This document shows, piece after piece, positions 32,398 to 42,346 of a stretch of 64,000 nt of DNA. This stretch comes from an uncultured Chlamydiae bacterium (GTDB lineage Bacteria > Chlamydiota > Chlamydiia > Chlamydiales > SM23-39), in assembly GCA_963828125.1 (NCBI GenBank), contig CAWHDP010000002.1, positions 1,720,394 through 1,784,393 on the forward strand. Reading direction: 5' to 3'. The notes below the pieces were generated by a model. It saw only the letters and a list, made by a program, of their open reading frames with translations, ran no database searches and was not told where the DNA came from. The position numbers and the translations under genes were made by a program. Within the stretch, counting starts at the first letter, position 1. Each line of letters begins with the position of its first letter.

Positions 32398-33603
32398 CTA
32401 AAAATAAATGAGGTACTTCTTCCGTTTTTCGAGGAAGGCTTCCCGCTCTGTCTTATGGAGTTCGATGAGTTTCCAGGCCGGATATTTTTCTTTGAGGAGG
32501 ATTTCATAAACGGCGTCGGTGCCGTTGGCTTTGCAGAAGAGGTCTTTCCTTGAAGTGTTTGCAAACCGTTTCAGGAACTCTTTTGGATAGAGGCTTTTGA
32601 GCATGCCGAGGAGAAGAAACTGGACCGATAGAGGCTTATAGGTTTTCGGGTCGGTGATCTGGATGAGGACCCCTTGGCAATCGAGTCCTTTATAGAGTCC
32701 CCAGAAGGGGCGAAAATGATAGGGCTGGAAATGGACGCCGGGGAGCTTTTGTCCGTTGAGTTTGGCGGCAAAGTGGGCGGCGTCGATCCAAGGGGCTCCG
32801 ACAATCTTGAAAGGGAGGGTGAAGCCGACGCCGATGTTGAGGATGCTCAGTTCTCCGAGGATGCCGGTGGCTGGACAGAAGAGCGGGGTGTCGGGTTCTG
32901 GGACGTTAGGGCTAGGGGGGATCCAGGCAAGCCCCGTGTCTCGGTAGCTCATGGAACGGGTCCACCCCTTCATCGGAATCACCACCAGCTGACAGCCAAC
33001 TTGATACTCTTCGTTGAAAAAACGGGCGAGCTCTCCAATGGTCATTCCATGGCAGTAAGGGGTGTTGACGTAGCCGATAAAGGAGCGCCAAGAGTCTTCG
33101 AGCATAGGCCCGTCGACGATGAGTCCGTTGATTGGATTGGGGCGGTCAAGGACGATCACCTCGATGCCGAGCTTGGAGGCCTCTTCCATCATGTAAAAAA
33201 GGGTGGTGGCATAGGTATAGGAGCGGACGCCGGTGTTTTGGATGTCGTAGATAATGACGTCGAGCCCTTTCAACATTTGAGGGGTTGGGCGGCGGGTCTC
33301 GCCGTGTAGGCTATAGACGGGAATACCGTTTTCGGCACTGTGTTGAACCAATGCGGCGGCATAGTGTTCTCCTTTCAGGCCATGCTCCGGCGAAAAGAGG
33401 GCGGCGATGAGTCCAGTCTCCTCAAAGAGCTGGACGGTTGTTTGCATCTGGTTGTTGACGCCGGTTTGGTTAGTGAGGAGGCCAATTTTTTTCCCTTGGA
33501 GTCGGGCGAGGTGGCCCTCTTGGAAAAATATGTCGACGCCGACAGAGACCGAATCGCCGAAGAGAGTCAGAGAAAAAAACAAAAAAAGGATCGCGCGCAT
33601 CAT
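32398..33603 (-). CDS. DUF1343 family protein (NamZ-like exo-beta-N-acetylmuramidase)
   Basis: 401 aa. Signal peptide, GKKIGLLTNQTGV, and VIVLDRPNPINGL, as I recall for DUF1343. Confidence 0.7.
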   Translation of the reverse strand: MMRAILFLFFSLTLFGDSVSVGVDIFFQEGHLARLQGKKIGLLTNQTGVNNQMQTTVQLFEETGLIAALFSPEHGLKGEHYAAALVQHSAENGIPVYSLHGETRRPTPQMLKGLDVIIYDIQNTGVRSYTYATTLFYMMEEASKLGIEVIVLDRPNPINGLIVDGPMLEDSWRSFIGYVNTPYCHGMTIGELARFFNEEYQVGCQLVVIPMKGWTRSMSYRDTGLAWIPPSPNVPEPDTPLFCPATGILGELSILNIGVGFTLPFKIVGAPWIDAAHFAAKLNGQKLPGVHFQPYHFRPFWGLYKGLDCQGVLIQITDPKTYKPLSVQFLLLGMLKSLYPKEFLKRFANTSRKDLFCKANGTDAVYEILLKEKYPAWKLIELHKTEREAFLEKRKKYLIYF

Positions 33604-33648
33604 TGAAATCGATTATAACGAAGGGAAGATTATAAGGTGAGCGATTAG

Positions 33649-36600
33649 ATGACAGACTACCTCGACGAAACGATAGAAATCCTCGACAGCGTGAAGGGAA
33701 AACCGCAATCGATGGCGGAGAGAAAGCGGCTTGCTATCGAACTGGCTGCTTTGATGCTCCATGAGGCGGGCCGGACGATGACGTCGGAGGAACGGTCTGT
33801 GCAACAGCAACTTGCAAGGCTGATGCGCGATCCGGTGGGTAAAGCGTTCACAACGGCGATGACGGATGAATGCTTCCGGAGCTCTTCGCATAAGCGGGTG
33901 GCAGATCAGATGATCTATCTGCTCCGTCAATTAGGAATTCCTCACTACCTCGATTGGAAAAAGCGGGCCGAGCTGTTCGCTTTTCGGAGCGTGGGGGCCC
34001 CAATTGCACAATTTCTCGTTCCCCTTGCGATGAGGGCGCTCAGAAAACAGACCCGTCGAGTCATTTTACAGGCGGAAGCCGGCCCGCTTGAAAAACACCT
34101 GAAAGAGCGACGGAGCGAAGGGGTGCGGCTGAACCTCAACCATTTGGGCGCGGCGATCTTGAGCGAAGCGGAGGCCAAGAAAAAGCTCCATACCTATTTT
34201 GCGCACTTGAAAAATCCAAACATCGATTATCTCTCGGTCAAAATTTCCACCACTTTCAGCCAAATCAATTGGCTCGCTTTCGATGCGACTGTCACAGAAA
34301 TCGGAGAACGGCTGAGGCTCTTGTACCGTGCGACGATGGACTCAAATCCCCACAAATTCATCAATTTAGACATGGAGGAGTACCGCGATCTCGATTTGAC
34401 AGTGACGGCGTTCAAGCAAGTGCTCGATGAGCCCGAATTTCAACACTACTCGGCTGGGATCGTACTCCAGGCCTATTTGCCCGATTCGCACCACTTCCAA
34501 AAAGATCTCACCGAATGGGCTAAAAAACGGGTCAAAAATGGGGGGGCTCCCATCAAAATCCGGATTGTCAAAGGGGCTAATTTGGCCATGGAGCAATTCG
34601 AGGCGTCGGTCAAGGGGTGGCCCCAAGCGCCTTATACGACAAAAGTCGAGGTCGACGCCAACTACAAACGGATGGTGCATTACGGCTGTATCCCAGAGAA
34701 CGCGCGGGCCGTTCGGCTCGGCGTGGCAAGCCACAACTTGTTCGATATTGCGTTTGCCATGCTTTTGCGCTTAGAGAATCAGGTTGAGCCTTATGTCGGA
34801 TTTGAGATGTTGGAAGGGATGGCCGATCACATCCGACGCGTGGTCCAAAGATTGACGGGCGATATGCTCCTTTATTGCCCTGTTGCGAATCGAGAAGAGT
34901 TTCAACACGCCATCGGTTACTTAGTCCGCCGTTTAGATGAAAATACAGGACCGGAAAACTTCCTTCGCCACGCCTTTGGACTGAAACCTGGAACAGATGC
35001 TTGGGAAAATCAAACAGCCCTTTTTTCGCAAAGCTGTGATGAGATGAATACAGTCAGTCAGCAGCCGAGGCGGACTCAAAATCGGTTGATCCATCCTCCA
35101 GCCTATGATCCGAAGCTCCCCTTCGAAAATGAGTCCGATACAGATTTTGCTCTTCCTCAGAACCGGAAGTGGGCCGAGGGGATCGCTCTGCATTGGAGAC
35201 AGGAACAACCCAAACCGATCCCTCTCGTCATCGGAGGGAAGGAACTGTGGGCCAATCAAGAAGGCGTCGGGCATACGCCGAATGATGTAAAGCTGCTTTA
35301 CATTTACGCCAAAGCCCATCCGCACCACATCGATGAGGCGCTCCGGTGCGCTAAGGAATATGAGAAAACGTGGGGAGGGACAACGGTTCAGCATCGGAGT
35401 CAGTTACTAGCTCGCGTCGCACAAAAAATGCGGGAGCGGCGCGGCGAGCTGATCGGCGCCATGATGGTCGACGGGGGCAAAATTGTGTCTGAGGCCGATC
35501 CGGAGGTGTCTGAGGCGATCGATTTTGCAGAGTATTACCGGCGCCAAATGGAAAAGATGGCGCTGATGAAGGACGTCCGGTGGGAGCCGGTGGGGAGCGC
35601 CGTTGTGATTTCGCCCTGGAATTTTCCTTGCGCCATTCCGGCGGGTGGAATCGCTGCCGCTTTAGCGGCAGGCAACTGCGTCCTCTTTAAACCCTCCTCA
35701 GACACGGTGTTAGTCGCTTGGCATTTGGTGAACGCATTTTGGGACGCCGGAGTGCCGAAAGAGGCGCTTCAATTCGTCCCCTGTTCAGGGGAGGGGGCTG
35801 GGAACGATTTGATCCGAGACGAGAGGGTGAATCTGGTCACCCTCACTGGCGGGACTGCGACGGCGAAGACATTTCTCAAGATGCGGCCCGATCTCCATTT
35901 GGCAGCTGAAACGGGCGGGAAAAACGCGATGATCATCACCGCCCTCTCGGATCGGGATTTGGCCATCAAGGATCTCCTCCAATCGGCCTTTGGCCATGTG
36001 GGACAAAAATGTTCGGCCGCTTCGCTTGCCATTCTGGAGGCTGAGGTGTACGACGACCCCCATTTCCTCAGAACCCTCCGGGATGCGGCGGCGAGTCTTA
36101 AAGTAGGGCTGAGTTGGGATCTTTCGACCAAGATCAATCCGCTCATCCATGAGCCGAGGGGGGATCTGAAGCGGGCGCTCACCACGCTCGAAGAGGGGGA
36201 GGATTGGCTGCTAGAGCCAAAACAAGACTCGCATCACCCTGCCCTTTGGAGTCCGGGCATTAAAACCGGAGTGCGCCCTGGCGGCTTTACCCACATGACC
36301 GAACTCTTCGGCCCTGTTTTGGGACTCATGCGGGCAGACAATTTGCATCATGCCATTGAGCTGGCTAATGCGGTTCCATATGGGCTGACTGCCGGACTCC
36401 ATAGCCTCGACGGCCGGGAGCAAGTGAAATGGATGGAAGAGATTGAGGCGGGCAATCTCTACGTCAATCGGGCGATTACGGGCGCGATTGTCCGGAGGCA
36501 GCCGTTTGGCGGCTGCAAGGCGTCGAGTATCGGCGGCGGCTCGAAAGCGGGAGGACCCAATTATCTTTGCGCTTTCATGAGGGCGAAACAAATAGGGATG

Positions 36601-37221
36601 CCCCAAGAAAAACATCCGGTCAATGAGGCGGTCAATCACTTAACCACCTATTTGGATCAGATGGATCTCACTGCTGAGCAAATGGGGATCTGGTCGGGGA
36701 GCTGCGCGAACTACGCCTACTGGTGGAGGCGGATGAAAAATGATCGGGATCCGTCAAAAATCGTCGGACAAGATAATTTTTTCCGTTATGTGCCGAGGAA
36801 AAACATGGTCCTTCGGTTGGGGGCCAAATCGATCCCTCTCGACGCGTTAAGGGTTTGCGCAGCGGTGCTCACGTGCGGCGCAAAAGTGGAGATCAGCTGG
36901 TCTCCGAATAGTCCCCATAGGCCCGAGTTCGATTGGCTGGAGCTGATCCCGACATTGCCCGTCGTCGACGAGACGGAGGAGCGGTTTCTGGAGAGGGTGA
37001 AAACAGGGAACATCGAGCGGGTTCGATTGGTTGAGCCTCCATCGGAAGCTTTGATCGAGGCGGCAGCCGAATCTCCGGTACACGTGATTCACGCTCCTGT
37101 CCTCATTAACGGAAGGCTCGAGCTGCTCCATTACTTGAGAGAGGCGTCAATCAGCATCGATTATCATCGGTACGGGAATTTGGGATTGAGGGAAGGGGAG
37201 CTCAGAAAACCCATTTTCTAG
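33649..37221 (+). CDS. putA: bifunctional proline dehydrogenase / 1-pyrroline-5-carboxylate dehydrogenase
   Basis: 1190 aa. N-terminal PRODH barrel region and a C-terminal ALDH domain (FPCAIPAGGIAAALAAGNCVLFKPS, ETGGKNAMII, GQKCSA). The TAG stop is the first 3 nt of repeat A2. Confidence 0.85.
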   Translation: MTDYLDETIEILDSVKGKPQSMAERKRLAIELAALMLHEAGRTMTSEERSVQQQLARLMRDPVGKAFTTAMTDECFRSSSHKRVADQMIYLLRQLGIPHYLDWKKRAELFAFRSVGAPIAQFLVPLAMRALRKQTRRVILQAEAGPLEKHLKERRSEGVRLNLNHLGAAILSEAEAKKKLHTYFAHLKNPNIDYLSVKISTTFSQINWLAFDATVTEIGERLRLLYRATMDSNPHKFINLDMEEYRDLDLTVTAFKQVLDEPEFQHYSAGIVLQAYLPDSHHFQKDLTEWAKKRVKNGGAPIKIRIVKGANLAMEQFEASVKGWPQAPYTTKVEVDANYKRMVHYGCIPENARAVRLGVASHNLFDIAFAMLLRLENQVEPYVGFEMLEGMADHIRRVVQRLTGDMLLYCPVANREEFQHAIGYLVRRLDENTGPENFLRHAFGLKPGTDAWENQTALFSQSCDEMNTVSQQPRRTQNRLIHPPAYDPKLPFENESDTDFALPQNRKWAEGIALHWRQEQPKPIPLVIGGKELWANQEGVGHTPNDVKLLYIYAKAHPHHIDEALRCAKEYEKTWGGTTVQHRSQLLARVAQKMRERRGELIGAMMVDGGKIVSEADPEVSEAIDFAEYYRRQMEKMALMKDVRWEPVGSAVVISPWNFPCAIPAGGIAAALAAGNCVLFKPSSDTVLVAWHLVNAFWDAGVPKEALQFVPCSGEGAGNDLIRDERVNLVTLTGGTATAKTFLKMRPDLHLAAETGGKNAMIITALSDRDLAIKDLLQSAFGHVGQKCSAASLAILEAEVYDDPHFLRTLRDAAASLKVGLSWDLSTKINPLIHEPRGDLKRALTTLEEGEDWLLEPKQDSHHPALWSPGIKTGVRPGGFTHMTELFGPVLGLMRADNLHHAIELANAVPYGLTAGLHSLDGREQVKWMEEIEAGNLYVNRAITGAIVRRQPFGGCKASSIGGGSKAGGPNYLCAFMRAKQIGMPQEKHPVNEAVNHLTTYLDQMDLTAEQMGIWSGSCANYAYWWRRMKNDRDPSKIVGQDNFFRYVPRKNMVLRLGAKSIPLDALRVCAAVLTCGAKVEISWSPNSPHRPEFDWLELIPTLPVVDETEERFLERVKTGNIERVRLVEPPSEALIEAAAESPVHVIHAPVLINGRLELLHYLREASISIDYHRYGNLGLREGELRKPIF

Positions 37222-37286
37222 CCCGCATTTCTCACACAGACGCGAGAAAAGGGGCTCAAGATGTTACGCCATCTTTCGCCAATCGC
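37219..37286. mobile_element. family-A element, single-arm/hybrid copy (A2)
   Basis: TAgcccgcatttctcacacagacgcgagaaaaggggctcaagatgttacgccatctttcgccaatcgc. It fills nearly all of the 73-bp gap between the convergent putA and the 301-aa gene. Confidence 0.75.
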
Positions 37287-37294
37287 AAGGTCGA

Positions 37295-38200
37295 TTACAC
37301 CTTGCTCAACGCGATATTTTTGCGGAGCGAGACATCCCCCTTCCCCTCTTCTGCCACAAAGGTCTGTTTTTGTCCGCTATGGTTGGGGCGTCCGAGTTCT
37401 AAAAGCTCGATCAGTTTGAAATCGATCGAGATGTGGTGCGATTCAGCGGAGATCCTTTCGATCAACGCAGAGGTCAGCGCGGGCCCCCCTTTCCGATGGA
37501 TTTCTCCGTAAAGTCTCCAGGCGAGCTTCTCGTTGAATAGGACTGTGATGAGATCTGGGTGGGCGTGAAAGACGCAGATTTTATCGGTCGAGGGCTCTGC
37601 TTTCACATATTCTAAGAGGGGCGGGTAGCCGATCTCCCCTCGTAAATCCCAGTGTTTTGTCCCTTTTAGCATTTTGTAATAGATCCTCTGGAAATCGGGA
37701 TCGATGAGGACGATTTTCTCTAAGGAAAAAGACTCTGTTTCTTCTAAAGATTCCTTGGCTGAGGCGAGGAGAAGGTCGAGAAAGCGGCTTTCAAAATGTT
37801 TTTCGCCAGAGCTGAGGGCGCCGTAAAAAGTCCGAATCAGCTTGACGGCCAAATCATATAACTGAGGATGGGCCGCTCTCCCTTCATGGATGAGGGGCCA
37901 AAGATTGATTCGGGCGCAGGGGTGGTTGGGATCGGGTTTTTTTTCTTTTTGCCCTTCGATTTCCGAGTCGTCTGGTTCGACCTCTTCTTTCGGAGGGCGT
38001 CCTTTTCTTGTTGAGCTGTTTTTCTTGCCCAGCTTGGCATAGACTTCGCTTTCATAGCTGTTCAAGATCTTGCGGCTTGCCTGTTGGTGGGCGGCGTAGG
38101 TGTTCCGGAGGCGAGACGAGGCTACATGCTTGTCCCAGCAAGCGTAGAAACTGTAGGAGAGGATCATTAAAATAGAAAAAACAAGGCCGAGGACATTCAT
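37295..38200 (-). CDS. hypothetical N-terminally anchored protein (last gene of the pseudopilin-like cluster)
   Basis: 301 aa. N-terminal TM MNVLGLVFSILMILSYSFYA. ATGA overlap with the upstream gene. Confidence 0.5.
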   Translation of the reverse strand: MNVLGLVFSILMILSYSFYACWDKHVASSRLRNTYAAHQQASRKILNSYESEVYAKLGKKNSSTRKGRPPKEEVEPDDSEIEGQKEKKPDPNHPCARINLWPLIHEGRAAHPQLYDLAVKLIRTFYGALSSGEKHFESRFLDLLLASAKESLEETESFSLEKIVLIDPDFQRIYYKMLKGTKHWDLRGEIGYPPLLEYVKAEPSTDKICVFHAHPDLITVLFNEKLAWRLYGEIHRKGGPALTSALIERISAESHHISIDFKLIELLELGRPNHSGQKQTFVAEEGKGDVSLRKNIALSKV

Positions 38201-38916
38201 ATTGCGGCCTTGTGAGTGGTGTATGTGACAAAAGGTTCTGCGACCGGAAGGATAAAAGCGTACTGACTTGGCTCCTTAACCCCTTCTTCATAAACGGTCA
38301 GGCGGATGACGCCCGGTATTTCCCTGACTGTTTTTGACCAGTGCGATTTCCAGGCAAGGGCCGCATTGATCGGCCGGGACTTTTCTTTGACGCCGTGTTC
38401 GGGCGGGGTGATTTTGCCAAGAAACTCGAATTCAAACGCTTTGACAGCGGGGAGGAGGATCTCTTTGCGCCAAGAGGGAGGGGGATCTTTCGTGAGGGGC
38501 CAGAGGGCAAGACACAGATTGTTTTCGGGGTCGAGGTAGATCCTTCCGACGACTGAACCGCTAAAAAGGGGATCTGGATCGATCCCATTGTTGAAAATAG
38601 CGATTAGGCTGACTCCCTTTTCCTTCTCAAAGAGTTGAGTGTAAAAATAGGGGTCAGGCGCCCCCTGGTCGATGGAGGTTAAAATCGTTTGCAGCCGGGT
38701 TTGCAAGTGGCCTCGGTGCGTCATCGCCATGCGGGTCGTCTCCAGTCTCTTTTCGATCTTCGCGCTTTGAACAAAAAAGGAAAAGAGAAAGGTGAGGAGA
38801 ATCGCGGTCAAACTGAGGGCGATCAGAAGCTCAAAAAGGATTAGCGCCTTTTTTTTCTGACGGCGACGGCTCCGAGGCCGATCGCAAGGAGAACAAATGC
38901 GGTCACGGAGGTCCAT
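38197..38916 (-). CDS. pseudopilin-like protein (type II secretion/type IV pilin-like N-terminus)
   Basis: KKKALILFELLIALSLTAILL is a hydrophobic pilin-type helix with Glu at +5. The only in-frame ATG (38916) overlaps the OPT gene end by 76 nt, so the start is uncertain. Confidence 0.5.
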   Translation of the reverse strand: MDLRDRICSPCDRPRSRRRQKKKALILFELLIALSLTAILLTFLFSFFVQSAKIEKRLETTRMAMTHRGHLQTRLQTILTSIDQGAPDPYFYTQLFEKEKGVSLIAIFNNGIDPDPLFSGSVVGRIYLDPENNLCLALWPLTKDPPPSWRKEILLPAVKAFEFEFLGKITPPEHGVKEKSRPINAALAWKSHWSKTVREIPGVIRLTVYEEGVKEPSQYAFILPVAEPFVTYTTHKAAI

Positions 38917-40697
38917 GCGGGCCAAATTCCCGCCCTGTCCGCCGGGATGATCTTGGCCAGCGCCCCAAAGGCTAATAAAACTCCAATACACGCATCGCCT
39001 CCAATCAGGCCTGAAGAGAGGAGAATCCCCTTCTCTTTAGCGAGGGGATCGTCTGTCTTACGATCGACATAGGCCCTCACAAGACCGCCCACCATTGTAG
39101 CAACTGAAAGAGAAAGAGGCAAATAAACACCGAGGGCAAAAGGGAGAACCGGAATCCGGAGGAGGATCATGGCAAATCCGAGTAGGACGCCAATACCGAC
39201 TAGCGAATAGGGGAGATTGCCGCTGATCACCCCTTCGACGATCATCGACATCAAGGTGGCTTGCGGCGCAGGCATGACGCTCGATCCGATGCCGTAAGCT
39301 TGGTTCAAAATATAAACTGTATAACCCAAGGCGAGCGAGGGGATGATGACGCCAAGGATCTCGGCAATCTGCTGATAAATGGGCGTAGCGCCGAGGAGAT
39401 ATCCCGTTTTTAGATCTTGGGCCGTTGTGCAAGCCATGCAGATCGCACAGCAAGAGACGCATCCCATGGTCATGGCCGAAATCAGATAGAGCCGCTCTGT
39501 CCAGCCGAGGCAGACGAAAATCAGACACGTGATCAAAAGGGTCGTGATGACCATCCCTGAGACAGGATTAGAGCTGGAGCCGACCAGTCCGACAGTGATA
39601 GATGTGACGGCGACGAAAAAAAAACTGAGGACGACGAGGAGAACGATGGTCAGCAGGTTCATCGGAAGTGTGGGAAAAACCCAGAGGAACAAGATAATCG
39701 CAAGAGATCCGATGAGGAGCCAGGAGAGGGAGATGTCCTTTTGCGTCCGAGGGAGGTGGGCTCTCGCTTTATAGCCGCCCAGGAGTTCTGTGAAGCTGGC
39801 GCGCACGGTTCTGGAAAGGAGGGGGATGATGTGAATCAGGCTGTATAATCCTCCGATGGCCAAACATCCGGCCCCTATGTACCGGACATAATAGCTCCAG
39901 ACGTCGTCAGGGCCCATATCGGCAATGGCCATGGTGGAGGGGTAAATGATCGCAGAGCCGAGGCCGAATTCGACAATCAGGGGGATGATCACCCACCATG
40001 CGATGACGCCGCCGGCAAACATGAGAGCTGAAATTTTGGGGCCGATGATATACCCAACGCCGAGAAGGGCAGGGGTCGCATCGATCGAAAATTCGGCTTT
40101 TTTTAACGCGCCGAACGTCCAAGAGACCTGTTCTTTCCAAAGAAAGATCGCATTTGAGAAAATTTTATAGACCGCTGCAGCGATCACACCCCATAACGCG
40201 AACAGGGCGGTCCGGTGGCTCCTCTCCCCCGCTTTCAGGATTTCCGCGCAGGCGGTCCCCTCCGGAAAAGGGAGTTTTTTGTGCTCTTCGACAATCAGAA
40301 ACCTACGCATCGGGATCATCAACAAAATTCCGAGTACTCCCCCCAGAGACGAAAGGAGGAAAATCCGTCCGATCGAAGGAGTGTCTCCCAATAAAATCAG
40401 AGCGGGGATAGTGAAAATCACTCCAGCAGCAAGCCCCTCTCCGACAGTTGCGATCGTCTGAACGATATTGTTTTCAAGGACTGTCGATTGTTTGAAAAAA
40501 ATTTTCAGAATCGCCATCGACATAATCGCTGCGGGGATGGAGGCGGAGATGGTTCCTCCGATCTTCAGGGCCAAATAGCCGTTGGCGACCGCGAAGAAGA
40601 ATCCGAACAATAACCCCAGGAGGACAGCCCTCGGGGTAAATTCTTTCATTTGGGACGTCGCGGGAATATACGGTTCAAAAGTTTCGTGATGGGACAT
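38841..40697 (-). CDS. OPT-family oligopeptide transporter
   Basis: 618 aa polytopic protein. N-terminal EFTPRAVLLGLLFGFFFAVANGYLALKIGGTISASIPAAI is typical of the OPT superfamily. Confidence 0.8.
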   Translation of the reverse strand: MSHHETFEPYIPATSQMKEFTPRAVLLGLLFGFFFAVANGYLALKIGGTISASIPAAIMSMAILKIFFKQSTVLENNIVQTIATVGEGLAAGVIFTIPALILLGDTPSIGRIFLLSSLGGVLGILLMIPMRRFLIVEEHKKLPFPEGTACAEILKAGERSHRTALFALWGVIAAAVYKIFSNAIFLWKEQVSWTFGALKKAEFSIDATPALLGVGYIIGPKISALMFAGGVIAWWVIIPLIVEFGLGSAIIYPSTMAIADMGPDDVWSYYVRYIGAGCLAIGGLYSLIHIIPLLSRTVRASFTELLGGYKARAHLPRTQKDISLSWLLIGSLAIILFLWVFPTLPMNLLTIVLLVVLSFFFVAVTSITVGLVGSSSNPVSGMVITTLLITCLIFVCLGWTERLYLISAMTMGCVSCCAICMACTTAQDLKTGYLLGATPIYQQIAEILGVIIPSLALGYTVYILNQAYGIGSSVMPAPQATLMSMIVEGVISGNLPYSLVGIGVLLGFAMILLRIPVLPFALGVYLPLSLSVATMVGGLVRAYVDRKTDDPLAKEKGILLSSGLIGGDACIGVLLAFGALAKIIPADRAGIWPAWTSVTAFVLLAIGLGAVAVRKKRR

Positions 40698-40742
40698 GTA
40701 GATCCTATTATAGTCTTATTTTCGGCTATGCCTCCATCCGCA

Positions 40743-41177
40743 TTATTTTTCTATAGATATTTTTTGAATGGGTAGGCGAAACTGATACGTTTTGTGATCA
40801 AGGGTGATGAAAATGCCCAGTTGTCGAATATCCTCCCCATGCAGCCCCGTTTTAAATCCTCTGCCTGTTAAATAGAAGCTCCGGCGAACCGTCTTTGGCG
40901 GGCAGTGCGGCAGCTCGATTTTTGCATTGGGGAGAGGGATATTTTCCGTTCTTTCCCCCCGTTCGGGCAATTTTTCCCAGGCGATTTCCCTTTTGAGAAA
41001 CATCTCTTTCACCTCGCTGAAAGTCCAGTCGGCGAGCCTCTCTTTTTCGAGCTCTTCCAACCGTTCTATTTCAATACAAATGATTTGCATCGGCTGGCGA
41101 ACCAGAGGCACGACGCAAAGGGTCACTAAGAAAAAAGCGATGAGAATTTCTGGAAGGAGGAATGTTGTCTTGCGCAT
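40743..41177 (-). CDS. pseudopilin-like protein
   Basis: 144 aa. MRKTTFLLPEILIAFFLVTLCVV has Phe+1 and Glu+5 in a prepilin-like leader/helix. Confidence 0.5.
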   Translation of the reverse strand: MRKTTFLLPEILIAFFLVTLCVVPLVRQPMQIICIEIERLEELEKERLADWTFSEVKEMFLKREIAWEKLPERGERTENIPLPNAKIELPHCPPKTVRRSFYLTGRGFKTGLHGEDIRQLGIFITLDHKTYQFRLPIQKISIEK

Positions 41178-41249
41178 CGATCGAGAATTGTAAGTGCTTT
41201 TACTAAAAAGTTGAACTCTTTTTGTTTCTGGGGTAAAATCCGGGGCATT

Positions 41250-42194
41250 ATGTTGCAGACTAAAGCGCTTTACAATCTTTTACGTCTCAATGCAGCTGAG
41301 GATCCGGCGATTAGAGCCGATCCATGGGCGCTAGAAGATCTTCGCGCGGCGTCTATAGAGGCCCTGTTGTCTCGCGCCCAACAGTATAAAATAAAATTAG
41401 ATAAGCACTCTTTTCTCCAATTTTCCGAGGCGTGCGATCATCCAGAAGGGCTGACTGACCTATTGCTCCCCGACGATGCGTCTGAGACAACGAGAGATCC
41501 ATTTTACTTACTGATCTTCGAGCTTTGGCGACGCCTTCTTCCGGAAAAACAATGCCTTTCGGTCTTCTGCGATGAGTTGGATCATCGGATCGCCCTTTAT
41601 GACCGAGGCGAACCTAATAGCGACGAACAAGTCCAGGATTCACTCGCTCATCTCCTTGAAATTTTTGATGAGAATGTCGATTCCGGGGCCGATCCCGAAG
41701 AGATTTTTATTGGGATCACCGATTATTGCGCCCATGACGTCGAGGGGTTCCTGTATGACTATATATCTGACCTGCTCCATAGCGGCAATTCTTTGTATGC
41801 CTCTGAGCTCATCGAAGGGTTTTCCCAGTACGTCACCGATCCCGTTTGGTTTGACTTTTTAAGGGTGCGGCTCCTTGCGTTCACCGACATTGGCGATGCG
41901 AATTTGGCCATGCACCGCATGCTAGAAAATGAACTTGATCTACCGTTTCTCATAGAGATGCTCCGCTTTTTGTCGGCGAATGGGGAGCGCGATCTTTTTC
42001 AGCTGACCGCCAAAAGGGCTCTACCCCTTTTGAGCGAAGAGGAGGATCTGATTGAGATCATCCGTTTAAGCGCCGATTTTTACGGTAGGCTAGGCGAGGA
42101 GAAGAAGGAGAAAGCGATGCAAGCGCTCCTCGTCGAGAGGCAAGCGGAGCCCGATCAATTCCCCATCGTCGATTTCGTGCGCCGGTATTTCTAG
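41250..42194 (+). CDS. hypothetical acidic protein
   Basis: 314 aa from the ATG (MLQTKALYNLLRL); the ORF track starts at an upstream TTG. Helical and Asp/Glu-rich, with no motif recognised. Confidence 0.5.
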   Translation: MLQTKALYNLLRLNAAEDPAIRADPWALEDLRAASIEALLSRAQQYKIKLDKHSFLQFSEACDHPEGLTDLLLPDDASETTRDPFYLLIFELWRRLLPEKQCLSVFCDELDHRIALYDRGEPNSDEQVQDSLAHLLEIFDENVDSGADPEEIFIGITDYCAHDVEGFLYDYISDLLHSGNSLYASELIEGFSQYVTDPVWFDFLRVRLLAFTDIGDANLAMHRMLENELDLPFLIEMLRFLSANGERDLFQLTAKRALPLLSEEEDLIEIIRLSADFYGRLGEEKKEKAMQALLVERQAEPDQFPIVDFVRRYF

Positions 42195-42346
42195 CCCGCA
42201 AAAAGTTGCAAAGTCAAGATATAGGCGATTGTTGATGCGGTGTCATGTTTCACCAAACTCATGGGTGGTATATGTAAAAATTCGTTCACAGGACAATCCT
42301 TAAAACTGGCAAAAAAGACCGGATCTGTGGTAGGCTTCCGATCAAT

